Assembly (NCBI RefSeq): GCF_023055435.1
Contig: NW_025963879.1
Location: 14,446,001-14,510,000 of the forward strand
Source of the DNA: Haliotis rufescens
Taxonomy: Eukaryota
Direction: 5' to 3'
Length of the DNA: 64,000 nucleotides
The translations under genes and the position numbers were made by a program. Each line of letters starts with the position of its first letter. Position 1 is the first letter of the stretch. This document shows positions 27,541 to 42,100 of the stretch, in pieces. A model generated the notes under the pieces. It searched no databases, was not told the DNA's origin, and saw only the letters and a program-made list of their open reading frames with translations.

Positions 27541-29125
27541 ACAATGACATAAAGTACAGGAATAGTTCTGCTTCAGAATGCCAACAAGAACCAAGAACAC
27601 AAGATCTGTCCTGTCATGTAACCCCACAGGAAGAAACTACACAACTCATGATTGAGGTGAAGGGGACCTACTCTGCCCTGGAGCCGCCGCAGAGAGACAA
27701 AGAATGAAGTACCCAGGGGTAGTTCTACCCCAAAGGTACAGGGGATTTCGTCCATCCACTAATCACCACAAGCTTAAGATCATGAAGATACGGCAGCAAT
27801 ACACAGCAATGCCAGCTTTCAATGAAGGTTTTCCATGATACAAATGCTTGCAAGTGCATCAACTAGATAAACGTGACCCCAATGCCCACCATGCTGTCCA
27901 CCCAATTATCACACACGACTTTAGCATCATCCTCATGATCAAATTGAGCGTCTGAGTTCAGAAAGTTTCTCTATCCCTCAAGTGTCCTTCAGTCGACACA
28001 AGCAACAAACTAAATGATACAATTATGTCTGTGCGTCACAAGCAAGACCTAAACGACAGCTTCCGGACAATTGAATTTTGTTTTTATTTGGTCTATGGAT
28101 TTGCCACAATTCGGGGCAGTGACTGTGAGATGTGATAGTCGGTATCAAAAGAAACATCTACAAATTTCTATAATGGACTCTATAAAAAAAAGACGCCATT
28201 ATTCCTACAAAGCCAATTGGTTTTTGTTTCTAATTTGGTCTGTGGTTTTCCATCCCTTTCCCTCAAAGTGTCATGACATGCATTATGCAACGTAAAGTGA
28301 AACGTTACACCTAAACAATATTACTTGGGTGTGATTTGATAAATAATATGCATGTTCATTACTTGGGTGCAATTTGGTAAATAATTTGCAATCTCAAATA
28401 GTGATAGTCCAAGAAATAAGTCCCAGTATTGTCAATATTTCATTTTCTTTTCAAAAAGGCTTTTAAATTTTTTTAAATACTTCAATAACTGAAGTCATCA
28501 TGTTCTTCAAACAATACAAAAACCCTTTCTGAGGTGTTGGGAGGGAAAGCAATCATATCGAAAGCTTTGATGTTCCATCACAATGTTTGCGTTCATCAGA
28601 CAAACTGATTCAATAACACAGGAACTCACATCCACAAGATTCAAACATGCAATAAACGAAAGACACAGTTATCCCAAAGATGAAAACGAGTTACACATTT
28701 AGCCTGAGTTACCTCCCTTTGAAGTCATGTTGAATTTAAAAAAATGATTTTTCTTCAGGCAGTTCTGATGTTTAAACCGTGAAGCATGTGAGAACAACTG
28801 CTTTTGGTCAGTGTCCAAGGTTCAAATATAACAACAGGGTATTACCTGATTACTGCAATGGCTTTCTATTACACAGCATGAAGATCAGCTTGCTTAGCTG
28901 GATAATCAGTTCTATACATTTTGAACTCAGAGACTATTTCATTCACAGTTAGGTTCAATGACCTGGCTCTGGAGTCATACCTTCTGATACACACTGAAAC
29001 CCAGGGCCCGGAAATGTCCATGCTGTTATTACACTGTAACCAATGGAACTTTAATGCAGCTGAAGTGTTTTATGTCCTTTGTCCACCTTTAGTGTCAAAT
29101 CAGATAAATCGTCGACTGTTCTTCC

Positions 29126-29320
29126 GAGTGAGTGAGTGAGTGAGTGAGTGAGTGAGTGAGTGAGTGAGTGTGGTTTTACGCTGCTTTTAGCAATATTCCA
29201 GCAATATCATGACGGGGGACACCAGAAATGGTCATCACATATTGTACCCATGTCGGGAATCAGGGAATCAAACCCGGGTCTTCGGCATGTTGAGCGAACG
29301 CTTTAACCACTAGGCATCCC
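29126..29320 (-). mobile_element. SINE family A with an expanded (GAGT)n tail
   Basis: Matches 7431-7606. Confidence 0.88.
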
Positions 29321-29322
29321 AA

Positions 29323-29577
29323 GTGAGTGAGTGAGTGATTGAGTAAGTGAGATATTTCAGTTATATCACGGTGTGTCAGCTTAATGTGGGAGGAAAACCC
29401 AAAATGATGCAGGCTCAAGATGTTTACCACTTAAGTTAAACCCACAAGCAAGGGTAGGTGCTGACAAACCTAGAAACATAAATAGGGAGAACCGAGTTCG
29501 AACCCACAATCTAGGTTTCTGGCATGCCCAAGGCACACAACACTGCATAGCAAATTCCAGCCACCCATGACTACCCC
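29323..29577 (-). mobile_element. SINE family B, directly adjacent to the family A copy
   Basis: Matches the family B body. Confidence 0.85.
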
Positions 29578-30314
29578 ACAACTCCAAATTACAGGGATAA
29601 TTGTATTTTGCATTTAGTGCAATAATGTATAACCTCTTCCTCTGTATTGGTCTTGTTATCAGTGACAACCAAGTTACCTTTATACAAGTACAGTAATAAT
29701 GCTGCTTATGTCTGCAGCAATAACAAGGCAAGGATGGTTGATCAAGTTTTAACTTCACTATGAATCAATCCAATCCAAGTGAAGTGGGATACACAGTTGG
29801 CTGGTCAACTTCACCGCCCATGCTTTTTATGTAATATTTCTCACAATACATTTTTGTGTGCAAATATCACTCTGAGGTCAAATCATTACAACGCACAGAG
29901 AAAACTGGCCAATTTCATTTGTATAATGATTTGAAAAAGAACATTGGAATAAAATGTCCAAAATGATCATTTCCACATGATTTTCATTTATGTTCATTTT
30001 CATCATTCAATGTTAGGACACTGGTAACCATAGCAACAAAAAGCCACAATTACTAAAAGGAATTTTACCATTTTTTTCTGTTTCAAATCCATTTCTTAGT
30101 TAAACTGAAGGAAATTGGAATTGGCAAATGCTCTTAACTCGACACTCCTCGAGAATATTTGGCCGTATAAAGCAATAGCTCCGCCTTAACTCTGATTACT
30201 CTCAGTGGAAGAGCCGAAAGTCTTCTTCCACAACATAAAAATTCTCATTTCGTGCCAGTGTTTCATATTGGATTTTATACAATGCATACTTCAGTGACAA
30301 TAACAGCCAGTAAG

Positions 30315-31502
30315 ATGGATGTTAACCTGCCTCAGAAAGTAGTGACATTCACAATGTGGTCAGTATATTGGATATTAACCTGCCTCAGAAAGTAGTGACA
30401 TTCACAATGTGGTCAGTATGATGGATTATTAACCTGTCTCAGAAAGTAGTGACATTCACATTGTGGTCAGTATGTTGGATATTAACCTGCCTCAGAAAGT
30501 AGTGACATTCACAATGTGGTCAGTATGATGGATATTAACCTGCCTCAGAAAGTAGTGACATTCACAATGTGGTCAGTATGATGGATATTAACCTGCCTCA
30601 GAAAGTAGTGACATTCACAATGTGGTCAGTATGATGGATATTAACCATATTAACCTGCCTCACAAAGTAGTGACATTCACAATGTGGTCAGTATGATGGA
30701 TATTAACCTGCCTCAGAAAGTAGTGACATTCACAATTTGGTCAGTATGATGGATATTAACCTGCCTCAGAAAGTAGTGACATTCACAATGTGGTCAGTAT
30801 GATGGATATTAACCTGCCTCAGAAAGTAGTGACATTCACAATGTGGTCAGTATATTGGATATTAACCTGCCTCAGAAAGTAGTGACATTCACAATGTGGT
30901 CAGTATGATGGATTATTAACCTGTCTCAGAAAGTAGTGACATTCACATTGTGGTCAGTATGTTGGATATTAACCTGCCTCAGAAAGTAGTGACATTCACA
31001 ATGTGGTCAGTATATTGGATATTAACCTGCCTCAGAAAGAAGTGACATTCACAATGTGGTCAGTATGATGGATATTAACCTGCCTCAGAAAGTAGTGACA
31101 TTCACAATGTGGTCAGTATGATGGATATTAACCTGCCTCAGAAAGTAGTGACATTCACAATGTGGTCAGTATGATGGATATTAACCATATTAACCTGCCT
31201 CACAAAGTAGTGACATTCACAATGTGGTCAGTATGATGGATATTAACCTGCCTCAGAAAGTAGTGACATTCACAATGTGGTCAGTATGATGGATATTAAC
31301 CTGCCTCAGAAAGTAGTGACATTCACAATGTGGTCAGTATGATGGATATTAACCTGCCTCAGAAAGTAGTGACATTCACAATGTGGTCAGTATGATGGAT
31401 ATTAACCATATTAACCTGCCTCACAAAGTAGTGACATTCACAATGTGGTCAGTATGATGGATATTGACCTGCCTCAGAAAGTAGTGACATTCACAATGTG
31501 GT
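30315..31502. repeat. 53-bp minisatellite, 22 copies
   Basis: Unit GGATATTAACCTGCCTCAGAAAGTAGTGACATTCACAATGTGGTCAGTATGAT. Confidence 0.97.
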
Positions 31503-31803
31503 GAATCATTGGAACAGCTGCCAGGCAATTCGTTTGTAGTGTTAAAAAAATATCTTCAATTTGATTGTGGTTGCTTTTTTGTAGATTAGCATTAGTTGGT
31601 AAAATCCTAAATTTTGTGATTTATCTTCAGTTAAGTGTTTTTGTAACAATAGCTTGACTGTAAAGACAATATAAAAAGAAATATATCAAAGGTTAAATGT
31701 GGCATAACCTTAGGCAAGAAATTGAAAATATAACTCGGTACCCAATGGTAATGTGACTTTTACGTTTTAGCGCCTCATAAAGCAGAATGGGTTGTATACT
31801 CAC

Positions 31804-31933
31804 CAGAGCAGTGAGAATGACATCTGAACACTGATCCAATAACTGGGTTAAGTCATCCACCATTCTGCCTGGACCAGGTTCAGGTTCAGGTTCATACAGG
31901 CTGCTGTAGATACGCTACTATTTTATATCAATG
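31804..31933 (-). CDS. Candidate exon encoding (SLYEPEPEPGPGR)MVDDLTQLLDQCSDVILTAL; may contain the start codon
   Basis: Consensus donor CTG|GTGAGT at 31804; acceptor ggttttgtacttgattcag| at 31933 (alternative NAGNAG at 31903/31900); ATG in AGAATGG context; protein-like open frame ending in phase 0. Confidence 0.5.
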
Positions 31934-32087
31934 CTGAATCAAGTACAAAACCCTTCCCCCATAATCGCACATATTCATTTGCAATCCTTATCAAATGGGC
32001 ATTCCAGGAAAAAAACAGGCCCCAGTTCTCCATGCTGAACCAGCTAAGGACAAGTGGTAATAATGTGTGGCTTAAGTATCACTGACC

Positions 32088-32248
32088 CTTGACAGAACAG
32101 GGTCTTGCTCATGCCTTCAAACATGGTTCAGTCAGACCAAGGCTTGACAGAACAGGGTCTTGCTCATGCCCTCAAACATGGTTCAGTCAGACCAAGGCTT
32201 GACAGTGCAGGGTGTTGCTCATGCCCTCAAACATGGTTCAGCCTGACC
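32088..32248. repeat. 55-bp tandem repeat x3
   Basis: Units start at 32088, 32143 and 32198. Confidence 0.9.
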
Positions 32249-32308
32249 ATCCAATCTATGGTCACCAAGATAGCTGGGGACCAGTTCTAACCAGCAATCC
32301 CCATGGGT
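32240..32308 (-). mobile_element. SINE family C head, variant subfamily
   Basis: Minus strand ACCCATGGGGATTGCTGGTTAGAACTGGTCCCCAGC. Confidence 0.65.
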
Positions 32309-34265
32309 GTCAGGCTTTATAACCTACAGGCTGTCATGATACAGATGGAATATTGCTGACTGCAGCAAAAAAGTCATCCACTCATCCTTGACCAAGTGTC
32401 AAATACCAATTTGTATGACCCAAACTGTGTAAATACATGAACCAACAACCACATCCTCACACAGGAATGTTTCTTTTAGGTGAAAAGTCAACTGTGTTCT
32501 AACAATTCATGACACTGCAATTATTCTGAACATTCCCCATAATCATTACAATAGGAGGAAAGAATTAACTTTGCAATATCTAATATCTGATATGTTGCCA
32601 AATTTGACACCAGTAATTATATCTGACAATTCACACTTTCGAGAAATGAATCCACACACTCTAGAGACTTCCAAATCAGTCTTATATGATCATTGCTGAC
32701 TTTGGTGCTAAAGGGTAAAATTCTGATGATCTTTTCAATTATATGAAAGGAAGGCGTGAAAGCATCAACCAATACTTTGATGCCAATTTTAGGTTCCAGA
32801 ATGCACCTAGAAAGTTAATTTCTGATGATATACAGAGATTCTACTATAGCCCATGTCTGTTAATATAATTAGGATTGAGCCACATCCGATGCTAGCTGCG
32901 AGATTGAAAGGTCATGATTGAGATGTTGCCAAACCCATCAAATGTCTATCAAGCGAGACCCTCAATATCAGACCATCTTTTTACCTTTTAGTGAAAAGTA
33001 TTCAGGCTAATTGTTGGCCATTAGAAAATCCTTGAATCAAGGTGCATAATGATGAAATCATTTCTTGGATTAGATATTTACAGTTGGTGTGCATGACAAA
33101 ATGAATGGATCGCATTCACTGGCGGAAAGAGAAGCATGTCATGAAGTTTAATTGGTGAGACATTCTTTCAAAGGCTATACTCTCTATATTCCCCCTGAGT
33201 CAATTGGCTTTTGCTTGATTAGATAACCTATGCTCCTTTTTAATTACTTGCTATTTATAATTTCTTGCTCATGTAATGAGAGTTTTCATTCCACGCGATC
33301 CAGATTACGTATTTACACCACAAGGAGGACTTTAAAATTAAAATTTTTAAATTACAAATTAATGAAACATATTTTTAAACATTAAATGCAATCATACCGA
33401 GAGACGCAGAAACTTATCAGTTGGATGGAGAAATAATTTCCCAAAAATACAAACAACAAGTTTAACATAATATAATGATTAGATTAAATGTGTTCGAACA
33501 TTTGAATGTATTTTTACACTGAAGTCTATTTAAGTGACCTCCCCCATTGAGATCATGGGGGGGACTGTTTCCTAATTCAATTATGGGGGAAGGTCACATG
33601 ACCATCTTGAATGGCATGAAATGACAATCTAAATTAATTAACATCCTAGAATTGGTTTCTTAGCATGTCTCTGATGATTGGCCATCTGCTGTAATGAACA
33701 ACTAAAACGTCTTTCTTGAAGGTGCAAGAACTTTTAATTGGCATGGTGACACGTACCTTTGTCCTAAAATATTTTACACTTTGTTTGCACAAGAAGCAAT
33801 GAATAGAAAAGCAGTGTTTTGGCAGTGACAACAGGAAGCTAACAAATGGCTCCCGGCATTGTTGTCCACAAATCGATGGTTTGAATCTAGCTAATGAAGC
33901 GGCACAACAAGTGCTTCCTGTCAAGCCATAGCTCTCTACTACATCAAGCAGAATAAAGACTGTACCACCATTCCGGCCAAAAACCTTGGACCAAGTTGCT
34001 CTGACCTGGGAAGAACATTTTTTCGTGACTTGCATGGATGCAGACAGGGCCTGTGTTCACAAAGCTGTAGCCAGGGATAACATTTAGTCCCAGAAATACA
34101 GTTATCTTATTTAAAGCTATATATCTACAAAAAAAATATGAATGGTGCCGAGAACAATGGTTAATTTCAGGGAACCTAGAGCTGAGGCAATGTAGACTTG
34201 CCAAATCTTTCTAAACTTCAGTTGGACTCTTTTTCTAATTTGTTCTCAAGGGTCCTATATTGTGT

Positions 34266-34458
34266 ACCAGTAAAGACCCAGGTTAGAATAGGTCTTCAGC
34301 AACCGATGCTTGTCGAAAGAGGGGACTAATGTCATGGTATCCAAACTGATTGATCGATGCTCATAATGTCAATCATTGAATTGTCTGGTCCAGACTTGAT
34401 TATTTACAAGCTGCTGTCATATATTGCTGAGTGTAGCATTAAATAAACAAACAAACAA
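34266..34458 (+). mobile_element. SINE family C (single hairpin module, internal deletion)
   Basis: Head ggttagaataggtcttcagcaacc..; (AAAC)n tail. Confidence 0.85.
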
Positions 34459-34548
34459 TAGGACTGGTCATAGCAGCTAAAAAACTGCCCATAGCTTAAC
34501 TCTCACACTATTTCTGTATTAACACATTCACCAATAAATATGAAATAT

Positions 34549-34888
34549 GGTGAGGTGAAATGGAGCTTAACATCGCGTTCAAGATGATTGTACTTCTACA
34601 GTGACCTGCATGTATGTGTGTGTGTTTGTGTGTGGCTGCTTGTCAAAATGTCCAGACTAATGTCAATTTTATAGTGCTTGCCCACTGAGATGCCCTCTGA
34701 CATTGATACAATACGCAGACACAGTACACCGACTCCAAGCTGACCAGTCCTTGTTTTAGCCCCTTAATGCCCAGTGCCAGGCAGGGTAACAACAAGTACC
34801 ATCTCTTAACGTCTTTTGGTATGGTGCAGCAAAGGATCAAACTACCAACCTTCAACTCTCCAGGCTGATGCTCTATGCACTAGACCAC
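34549..34888 (-). mobile_element. SINE family D, near full length
   Basis: tRNA head (TGGTCTAGTG..GTTTGATCC), Meta-like core, TG-rich segment and tail. Confidence 0.8.
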
Positions 34889-34908
34889 AATAAATAACTC
34901 AGTGATCA

Positions 34909-35065
34909 AGTGAGTCAGTGAGGTTTTATGATGCTCCAAGCAATATTGCAGGCCTAGGCTAGGGACCGCAAGGATAATGACCTCAATTATTGAACCCGTG
35001 TTGGGATTTGAACCTGGGCATTCAACATGATTGGGGCAAAATCTTGAACCATTCAGCTAATCCCC
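34909..35065 (-). mobile_element. SINE family A, degenerate
   Basis: gtgagtcagtgaggttttatg..agcaatatt..gggatttgaacctggg..aaccatt. Confidence 0.6.
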
Positions 35066-36259
35066 ATGCGTACAGAGAAACTGTGCTATGTGTTTCTGCA
35101 AGTAGATTGCTGCAGAGCATCAACTGTTCCCCCCCTATATTATGTAATGTGCAGAGGAAGGAAGTGTAAGCTATGGGAGGAGAGAATTGGTGTAAAGTAC
35201 AAACTGGTTGTTATTAATGTAGTTATCTTTGGAAAGCACAATAAAAGAAACATTGTCTTTAAATGGTCAGCACAAGGAAAACCCAGGCAAGAAAACTGGG
35301 CCTGTCAGGCAGAACTTGATATATACCCACTATTCGTACCAATAATATAAAAAAATAATTGATTACAAGTCCTATATAGATAACACAGCAAATGTCATTC
35401 TAAACATGTTCTGGCAGCAAATATCAATATATGTGGTCAAAATGTTGGTTGGGTTGAATCCACTGTAAATAAACTTCTGTTCAAATGTAAAAATTCATGC
35501 ATTCATTAAGGGATTCCCATTTATCCAACAGCAAGTTAAGAACATACAGGTTGATAAAGCTCTATACTACGCCTATAGCTAAAGGAGATAATCTTACATT
35601 CTTACATAATATAGACCAAATATAGAACTTTAGCGAAGTGGGATAAATATTTCCCCTAAACATTTTTAGCTCTTTTAAAAACAAAATGAACAAATTGCAT
35701 GGGTTATCTACATTATGAAACGTGACTGAGTCACAGAATGGGACAGGCAATTGGTTTAAAGATGTCCAGATAAAGTCACTCTCATTTCATTTTAAAAACT
35801 CCAAATTTTTCAGAGAAATAAAATGGCGCTCTCCTTCAGTCAAAATTAACCTTATACTAATAGTTCCCCACCTGAAGACGGGGAAAAATCACTTGTCAAG
35901 GTGCATCTGGGATTTTCAAAAAGGACAGTTTTGAAAACAAGAAGGTCTGATAGCCTTTCCTTTGCATCTGTCGTTGTCTGTGTAGTGTGTATGCATAGTG
36001 ATGCTTGCACATGCACCGCCATTTGACAACCTGCAGGTCACATATTTTATGAGCACTTCATTAACACACTGTCATGGAAGTAAATGTCAGTCTAATTGCG
36101 CTGCATCCGACACCAAGATACCTATCAAACTGACATTAGTTTACATTTATATTGTCCCTGAAGATCAGTTTGATACATGTACTTGTTATACATAGAGTAT
36201 CATGATACATCAGTCTGAACAGAAGCAATCTCCACAGCAGAACCAACAGTTCCACTGAC

Positions 36260-36312
<53 letters not shown>
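36260..36312. repeat. (CAT)n microsatellite
   Basis: Direct reading. Confidence 0.97.
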
Positions 36313-36315
<3 letters not shown>

Positions 36316-36491
36316 TCGGCCAATGTAATCATAGTTAACAGGAAAAAAACATTTCTCAGCCTGCATATCAAATTCTGGAACACCTGTTCAAAAGAAAAAC
36401 ATTTCTACAATAATGAAAATAATTACAATCCAGTTAAAGTTGACAATAAATTATTTGTATACATCACTTCCCAGTGACTGTCCACTAAGCA

Positions 36492-37015
36492 ACTGAACAT
36501 GTTAAAGTGTCATCAGGTAAACAGTATGTATTTGTCATGTTTAAGTGTCATCAGAAAAACAGTATATACTGAACATGTTGAAGTGTCATGAAAAAAACCA
36601 GTATATTCTGGACATGCTGAAGTGTCATCAGGAAAACAGTATATGCTGGACATGCAGAAGTGTTACATGTAAAATAGTTTATATGACATATACTGAAGTG
36701 TAAAAAGGAAAAGATTATAAACTGGACATGCTGAAGTGTCATCAGGAAAACAGTATATATTGAGCATGCTGAAATGTAACATGGACAATAATATATATTG
36801 TATATTGTATATATATTGTATATATAAATGTAAAATGTGTACAAAAAAGAACAATTTTAATCCGGACATGCTGAAGTGTCATCAGGAAAACAGTATATAT
36901 TGAATATTCTGAAATGTCGTCTGGAAAATAGCATATACTGGACATTTTAAAGTGTCATCAAGAAAAAGGTATATATCTAATATGCTGAAGAAGTGTCATC
37001 AGGAAAACAGTATAC
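36492..37015. repeat. Degenerate ~38-bp minisatellite with AT-rich interruptions
   Basis: CTGGACATGCTGAAGTGTCATCAGGAAAACAGTATATA-like units. Confidence 0.85.
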
Positions 37016-38130
37016 ATATTAAGAATACGTTATGACAATTTAAACATTATCATAATCATAAAAATAATATGAAATGATATTGTTTTGTTCACCTACAATA
37101 AATGGCTTCAATGACAGATACCTACTACAGTATGCACCCAGTGTTAGTAAAACAAGTCACACTTCAACAAGTCAGGGACAATATTGTTTGAGCAATCGGT
37201 TCATGCATTGTCTGGCAGTGGACATATCATATATTTTTAGAAATCAATATCGAACATAGTCCTTGCGAAAGTATTTCTGTAGATTTACGTAGTGATAAAA
37301 GAATGATAAGAACAGTGAAACATATAAGAAACTTGAATGAGTATTTCAGATTTATTAATTATAATCCCAGAAAAAGAAATTCACAGTTTTTCAGATATCA
37401 TTTGTGATAAGCATTAAACTAAAGCATCAGAAATAACACAAGTCCCAGAAATAAATTCAGTGTGGCGATACATAAACATGATAAAAAAGTAACCCACAAT
37501 TCTAGCGTTGTAAAATTAAATACTATAATTGTTAATATTGAGAGGTGATAATTTCATTCAGTACATCAATGCCAATAACATGACCTGGTTTAAAACCACA
37601 AGCACTGTGGTAAAAACCACTGACACCACGACATGTTAAAACATACAAATAGCATTAGGAACGTCATATTAGTCCACATGAAATAAATCTGTAATCAATA
37701 CTGATTATGTGTGATTACCATAGTCGATGTATTAAGATCATAAGTCTGATTTTGTATAATACTAAATGTTTGTTACCCAACAATTTTTAAACTTATATCC
37801 CAAACATAAAAGAAATGATACAAAAAAGAAGGTTTTGTTCCAACACTGCTGATTACCAAATCAATCTTGGGTGATAACCCCCACAATCAATAAATCGTTC
37901 TATAAAAAATAAGACCAATATGTCTTTTGAGGAATTGATTTGTAGAAACTTTACATACTATACCCTATAGCCAGAATAAGGAGTACTTGCCGTATTAAGC
38001 TCCCTGCTCCAATATTAGCTCCCCCTGACAAACTTTGAGATAATCTGTTAGTAATCGTAATATAAGCGCCTCTGTATAAGATGGGACGTTCCTTAATTCT
38101 TGTGTATATTACAGAAAACAATAGCATTGA

Positions 38131-38396
38131 TTGTTTGTTTGTTTATTTGTTGCTTAACGCCACACTCAGCAATATTCCAGCTATATGACGGCGGTCTGTA
38201 AATAACTGAGTCTGGACAATCCAGTGATTGACATCATGAGCATCGATCCATGCAATTGGAATACTATGACATGCATCAACCAAATCAGTGAGCCAGACCA
38301 CACGATCCTGTTACTCCTCTCTTACAACAAGCATAGTCACCTTTTACAGCAAAATGGGTTGCTGAAGACCTATTCTACTCCGGCTCTTCACGGGTC
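38131..38396 (-). mobile_element. SINE family C, full length
   Basis: 5' end GACCCGTGAAGAGCCGGAGTAGAATAGGTCTTCAGC; (AAAC)n tail. Confidence 0.9.
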
Positions 38397-39023
38397 AAGT
38401 AGCGGAGAACATGGAAGAAGGGACATACAACTGAATTATAATAATTATCGAAAACATTTTAGTTTCATCTATGTTTAATGAAGTATGTTCATCACCACAG
38501 TTTTTGTAAGTGCTCTGTTTGTCCATTGTCTAAATGCCCGGGCTTACAATGCTGTGAATTGAAGCAAGGGCCCTAAATACATCAACTACGGTAATCTTGA
38601 TTGATGCTGGATCCATGCTGCATCATCTCAGTCATGTTCCAGGTTAGAAACGGCCATGCACTTGACAACACACCAGACCAAACATTCTGATCCAACTTGT
38701 CACATGATGTCATGACGACATGCAGAAAACATAGGATAATTACCGAACATGATACCATAGTCTCTGGCTAAGGTCCAGAAGGTACCCCACATGCCATGAA
38801 AGAAAGGAATAAAGGCAAAACATATTAGAACAACAGAAAATAAACAACATGATAAACATAAACATGATAGAGGACCTAACAAAGTGGGTAAGTAACGCTG
38901 ATGAAGACAACACCAATCTAGGACTACCTGGAAGGAAAAGAAAGTCAAATGCTGGGACATCCATCACAGAAAATGAAAAACAAATACGAAATGTTTAGTA
39001 AACAGGTAAAGAAAGATGTGAAG

Positions 39024-39186
39024 GAGTGAGTCAGTATGGTTTTATGGCACTTTTAGCAATATTCTTGCAATATCACGGCAGGGGACACCAGAGATGGGCT
39101 TCAAACATTTACCCATGTCGGGATTTGAACCCAGGTCTTTGGCGTAATGAGCGAACATTTTTACCACTAGGCTACCCGACCGCCCC
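39024..39186 (-). mobile_element. SINE family A, full length
   Basis: Matches 63632-63795. Confidence 0.88.
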
Positions 39187-42100
39187 AAATATAGAATATA
39201 TTTATGAAACATTACATGGTTAATAATTTGAGTGTTTTCTTATGCGTTTGTTGATAAACACATTGTCATAAGTGAAATTTATATTTAAAGGATGCGTTCA
39301 TGCAGGGTACATCATTACTTTGAACATGTTTTAGAAGCCTAAATTACATATTTATCTTTGAGCAACTATACCTAAATGAAAGAATCATTGTTTAAAGTTT
39401 TTAAACTTAAACTTTTAATTATTGTTATGAATATTTTCATGTAAATTATTAATTTGGCAATATGTAGTGATAGGTTAGTTTTTCAAGGCATCAAGCTTGT
39501 GATATACTATATTACTGAGACGTTCTCCTATCATGCCTCGGGATTGATGATTGTGCAACCATTCCTGAGCAGCCTTGCAATTAAGGGGAGGCAACTCTAA
39601 TGACCCTATTACAATTAGACCCAATAATATCCTATCTTCAGATCACTGCATTCTGATATTTCTGCAGCGTTACCATATTAATAGCAATTCATTCAGAAGA
39701 TGGCCAAACAAGTTTGATAATTTAAATGTCAAATTAAAACCTGAGAATTATGATGGTGAGAGCAAGCAATAATCACAAAATCTTCTCTTTTCAAAACTAC
39801 GGAAAGGGATCCATAATGGACACCATCAATTTACAAAAATAGGGAACAGAACTCTGGGCTAAGGTGGAAAAAGCTAACACACATACCACTAGGCCATCTG
39901 ACATTTATCAGTAATAGTAATTGAACATGTTTCAGAATTATTGTCCAGATTATGACAGGGGCTCATTAAGCATGTTAAGGTTTGAGTTGATTTGTACTTA
40001 AAAAATGATTCTTTCAACGGCTTTGAATCCTTTTCACTCCTATCACCATGAATATTCATTCAGTGGCCATCTTTATAACTGGTGTCTTCCTAAGTTCTCT
40101 GCAAGAGCCGTTCTCAATGCATTCATTCATCTGTGAAAACATTCGCGATCACACTTCTCGTCTGTAGACAAAGCAGATATGTGAATCACAGCAATATCAA
40201 AATAATGTCCAGGGAAAATGACACTTATTCATACTGAAGTCTGAGTGAGGCGTCAATCACATGCTATTCTAAGCATGGAATGGCTCCAAACTCACCAATT
40301 AGAGTCATGGCCTAGATCAGCCAACAAGTTATTTAGAAAATCAATCGGAAATAGACACAGTCTCTGACCAGAGATCTCTATGTCCACATCTATACATAGA
40401 TGGAAAGTTTTCATTCCCTTAACAAAAATCAGCATCGTTTATTGCAACATTGTGAAGGGGCTGGTCGATTTATCATTACATGTGAAAATATCTTGGAACA
40501 TATATCTTGTTTGTTCATCTTGGTCATCCAAATAAATATGGATTATTTATTCAACATTTTGGGGTAAATAAGCTGTGCTATTGAACACTGAACTGCGGAT
40601 CAGCTGTGAAGGGGGTCAGTGTCTAGTGATGATTTGGTCTGTTTATCAGGCCAACCACAAGTGTTTACTGTCTTCAGTCTATTTGGGCTATTGTTACATC
40701 AAGTTGGACTGTAGCCGCAATATAAACGAACAATTAGATGACATTCACCTGCCACAATATGCATCATAGTCTTTAAAAATTATTTCTTAATGGAATTTAT
40801 GATAGGAATTGTGACATTAAAATGCCAAGAATGATTGTTTTCACGTGTCACTTGGACACATTGAATTCTAATTTAGCTGAAAATAGACATAAATTGTAAT
40901 AAAATATTATTTTTACTTCTTTTATCCATATAATCCTAATTTCATAACAGATACTAATTATTTACGTCATAATCTATTGTTCGAAATTGTTTCCGTTTAT
41001 ATCATGCTACATGACATATAATTCACCCACACATTGTAATTTGTTTTCTCAACAATTGACACATTTACCTTTAACATGTTTAATACAATTTATTTAATTT
41101 TGAACAAAATATCCCACTTTTGATCAGATCACTTAACATTTATTAATATCTTTGTATTGTTCAATTTCTTTAAAAGATTAATTCCACAAGTTAAAATTTT
41201 CATGAATGAAAACATGTCATTCATGTTCAACACGTAGCACAGTTAATGACATGATTTGGAACAAGTCAGTTTCACAATTCTTCTCCATCTTAAACTGTTA
41301 GGCTATCTGTCGATCAATATGATATTCTGTCTTACAATGTCCTGCCTCCTCCTGACAAGGCAGAACAGTTAGCCAACACCTTGGTATGCTGGACTTCATC
41401 GATCTCACGGATCACATTACACTACCTCCATGTCACCTCGGCTTAGCTCACTTGAAAGTCATGGAACCCTTTGATCAGCAGCATCAAAACATTTCAAACT
41501 TCTCATATATCCTTGAACAGTTTCTACAAGAGACTGAGATTTAATTAGGCTTGTGTGAAGTTGTTTCTAACAATCATAAAATGGAATGTTGCATGTATTT
41601 CCTTTTGAAAAATGTAATTATTTCCTGGTTTGATATTAAGCTAGTTATAAATCTGGCAGTTCTATAATTAGATTTTAGTGAGGTACATATTCATAGTTTT
41701 CAGGTTAATTGCATGTCAGTGAGAGGATGTACAACATAACACATATTGTCTACAATGGCTACAAACATAAACAAAATAAATTGTTACAACATCTAGGGAA
41801 GAGTGACAGTAAATGTAAGCATGGCCACGCCAAACAATTGTAAAAAGATGACCAATATTGTTTGTCTTGTGCAATTTTTAATCAATTTCATTATTTTTTT
41901 ACAAAAATTCCCTTTCCATATTTCATTGAAGATAAATTGTATCCTTCAGAGGGAAAGATATATCACCAAATAGATCTAATACAGACCATGCAAGTCTGTG
42001 ATAGTTGGCAAGTCCGAAAATGAACAGAGTCTCCAGGCTTCTTCTTATTATATTTTATCAAGATATTATAACAACTGCTTTCCTGTACAATATTTTCACT

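Noticed and set aside
12527-31502. CRISPR-like arrays
   Set aside because: Units are head-to-tail with no unique spacers, there are no cas genes, and the context is eukaryotic.
31804-31863. Faint resemblance of the joined exon peptide to a phosphodiesterase (PDE2-like) N-terminus
   Set aside because: Only a few scattered residues match from memory; not enough for a gene call.
21674-36366. Poly-Leu (21674-21958) and poly-Asp (36136-36366) ORFs
   Set aside because: Translations of microsatellites.
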